From Patellaria atrata CBS 101060 (lineage: Eukaryota), in the NCBI GenBank assembly GCA_010093705.1, contig MU006089.1, forward strand, positions 3,436,061-3,500,060: a stretch of 64,000 nt of DNA, in the 5' to 3' direction. Made by a program: the position numbers and the translations under genes. Every line of letters begins with the position of its first letter. The stretch's first letter is position 1. Of this stretch, positions 61,855 through 64,000 are shown piece by piece. The notes beneath the pieces were generated by a model, which was not told the origin of the DNA, made no database searches, and worked only from the letters and a program-made list of their open reading frames with translations.

Positions 61855-63156
61855 TACACGAAGGATATGTAAAATGGTAGTGTATGTTAACTAGACAGTT
61901 ACTTAATCACATGTACAGTACTTCGGTAACCCAAGATGGCGCTGAAACAAGTGGATAGATCCACAAACTTTCAATTGAAAATCATCCTTGTGGATAATAT
62001 GGAGTAAAACTGATCGGCGAAGACGGTTGGACGCTCCCAGTATGGTTTACACTTTACCAACAGAGAATAGCCGAGTATCCGAATACCAGGTAAAGTTCTT
62101 CATCTCACATCACTCTAGTCTGTTCCCGCTAATCTTTCACATCATAGTTGGTCTAGGTACAGGAGGTGGTAGCGGGATAATAACCTCTAGAAGGCAACCC
62201 CCACGATCGTTTAGTTGGTGCACAACTTCACATTAGGCCTTGATAATATCAAGATCTAAAGGTATCGGGATCTTCGTAAGAGAACATAGATAGCCAGTTT
62301 CTTATAGTTGTAAGTAGAAATACGGTAGTTCTCGAAGCTCCTTGTACTCTGATGTGGTCACAGATTTATCTTGTGCATTATACCAGTTAAGTCTATGGCG
62401 GTAAACTCAGACGAGAGGTAAACACTCAAATAGGGGTCCCCTTTCAGTACTGCATCTATCCTCCCGTGGTAGCATTCCTCGCGTACGATACGGCCACTCA
62501 AACCAAGTCTCTAACATCTCTGTATAGACACTTAATCGCTCTACATTCGCGCTCAGTTCGGTAACGCTCCCTGTACAGAGAATTTCAAAACGTACGGATG
62601 AATCCCCGAACATACCTAGGTCTTGACTATACAGATAGCTCGTACTGTATAGTTTACAATTCCAGAAGTTATTCGACACCCGTATGGATGCTCGTGGAAT
62701 GCTAACTGTCATGGGGGAGATGTTACGAATCATTGCTACGCTCCTACCTAGCACTACCGCAGGTGAATGGTTAATCAATAGGTTTTTCCAACCATTCTCA
62801 GCTCTGCGCAATAGCTTGTCAAAGGTTTCCTGTCTAGTCCTGTTGTTCTACAGGCATTCCAACTCACACCCAGTCCAGCTAAAGATATAAGAGGCCATTT
62901 CCCGACGACAAACCTCCTCTACATCATTGAATGATGTAACCTATTCTAGATTACCCTTGTCAACAATCACTGCGATAGAATAGTAGGTGCTCTACCAACG
63001 TCGTTTACGTCCAATTGATGAGGAACGATCAAGCTCAAAATAGGGGTTGTATTAATACACTACGTCCACCTTTCTATTACATTACATCACATGTACGCAT
63101 CAACATCGAGCTTAGTAGTCAGTACTGCAGAAGGATTCGACAGCCGAACCACTGAT

Positions 63157-64000
63157 CTACATAGCATACGCCAACATGGCAATCATCGCGAAAAGGCCCA
63201 TCGCAGCAGGTTCGGCGCGAACGCCAGCACCGTCGAACTCGGACGGTGTGGGAGTCGGAACAGAATCGGTCTAAAGAAAAGGTAAATGTCAGTCACAAAC
63301 GCGCGTCACATAAACAATTCAACTCACGGTGTTGGCGGGATGAGTGTAAACAGCAGTGCTGGTGACGAAGCTCTCAGACGGGACGACCGGTGCCGAAGAA
63401 CCGCCAGTAGGATAGGCAGAATGTACTCCCGAAGTGACAATCTCTGTACTGTGTCCAGAAGGACTTACAGAAGACGGCACACCGGTAGTCTCAACCGCAG
63501 TCTCCTCAGGGGCGGAACTTGGCGTCTCAGTCTCGACCGGAACAGATTCTGAACCTACCGGAGTCGTCTGGATAGTCGTCTCGGCGGGAGGTTGTGGGCT
63601 GTCGGTCGTCTCTTCAGCTGGTGGTGGTGGGCTGTCGGTCGTAGTCTCTTGCGTGGGCGGTGGAGTGGGAGTCGGTGTCGGTGTCGGTTCCGGCTCCTCC
63701 TCCGCTGGCACGGGAGTAGGATCGAGACCGCACTCTCTAGCGGCACGGCTGACACTGTTGCCGTAGTACTGCCAGATGTCGTACTTCAGAGCGCACTGCA
63801 TGCAGTCGTCGAAGTGATCCTGGAACTCCTGGTTCTCGCAGAAGCCTTCGGAGCGCGAGAGCGTGATAACGCCACCTGAGCCGGTATTAGACCTTGAAAG
63901 GAGGACAGAAATGCTACCTTGGCGATTGAAAGAGAGACATACCGCAATCCTCATGACATTCGTACTGAGGGGTTCCTGGGGCTTGACGTTTGTGCATAGG
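63157..64000 (-). CDS. GPI-anchored Ser/Thr/Pro-rich cell-wall protein with a 6-Cys N-terminal domain (5' end beyond the window)
   Basis: KRQAPGTPQYECHEDC|GGVITLSRSEGFC...CMQCALKYDIWQYYG...ECG, PT repeats, C-terminal FDGAG plus hydrophobic tail; introns 63876-63942 and 63271-63327. Confidence 0.85.

Overview
Gene-dense euchromatic segment of a filamentous ascomycete (Pezizomycotina) genome, judged from short GT-AG introns with CTAAC/CTGAC-type branch sites and typical fungal orthologues. Recognisable housekeeping genes are NOP1 (3' part), SWC5, ATP12, GAD1, a Pex22-like peroxin, GCD1, SPT20, RSE1 and MSS51. Interspersed are lineage-specific or accessory genes: two tandem intronless RING-like genes, an F-box/LRR gene, an MFS sugar porter, a DUF1399/GRDP protein, an amidase, a rhodanese, a membrane-anchored atypical kinase and several secreted or single-pass proteins. 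Decayed copies include an SRPK-like kinase pseudogene, a mutated intronless SNU13 copy, a methyltransferase pseudogene and a frameshifted Cys-rich gene. The most notable signals missing from the ORF track are (1) a box C/D snoRNA in RSE1 intron 2 with an 18S guide (snR41/U62-type site) and a second element complementary to the 5' end of 5.8S rRNA, (2) a structured RSE1 intron 1, and (3) a metallothionein-like Cys-x-Cys tail ending in a PTS1-like PKL on the amidase. No CRISPR, tRNA, rRNA or intact transposon was recognised. All identifications are by eye, without database searches.
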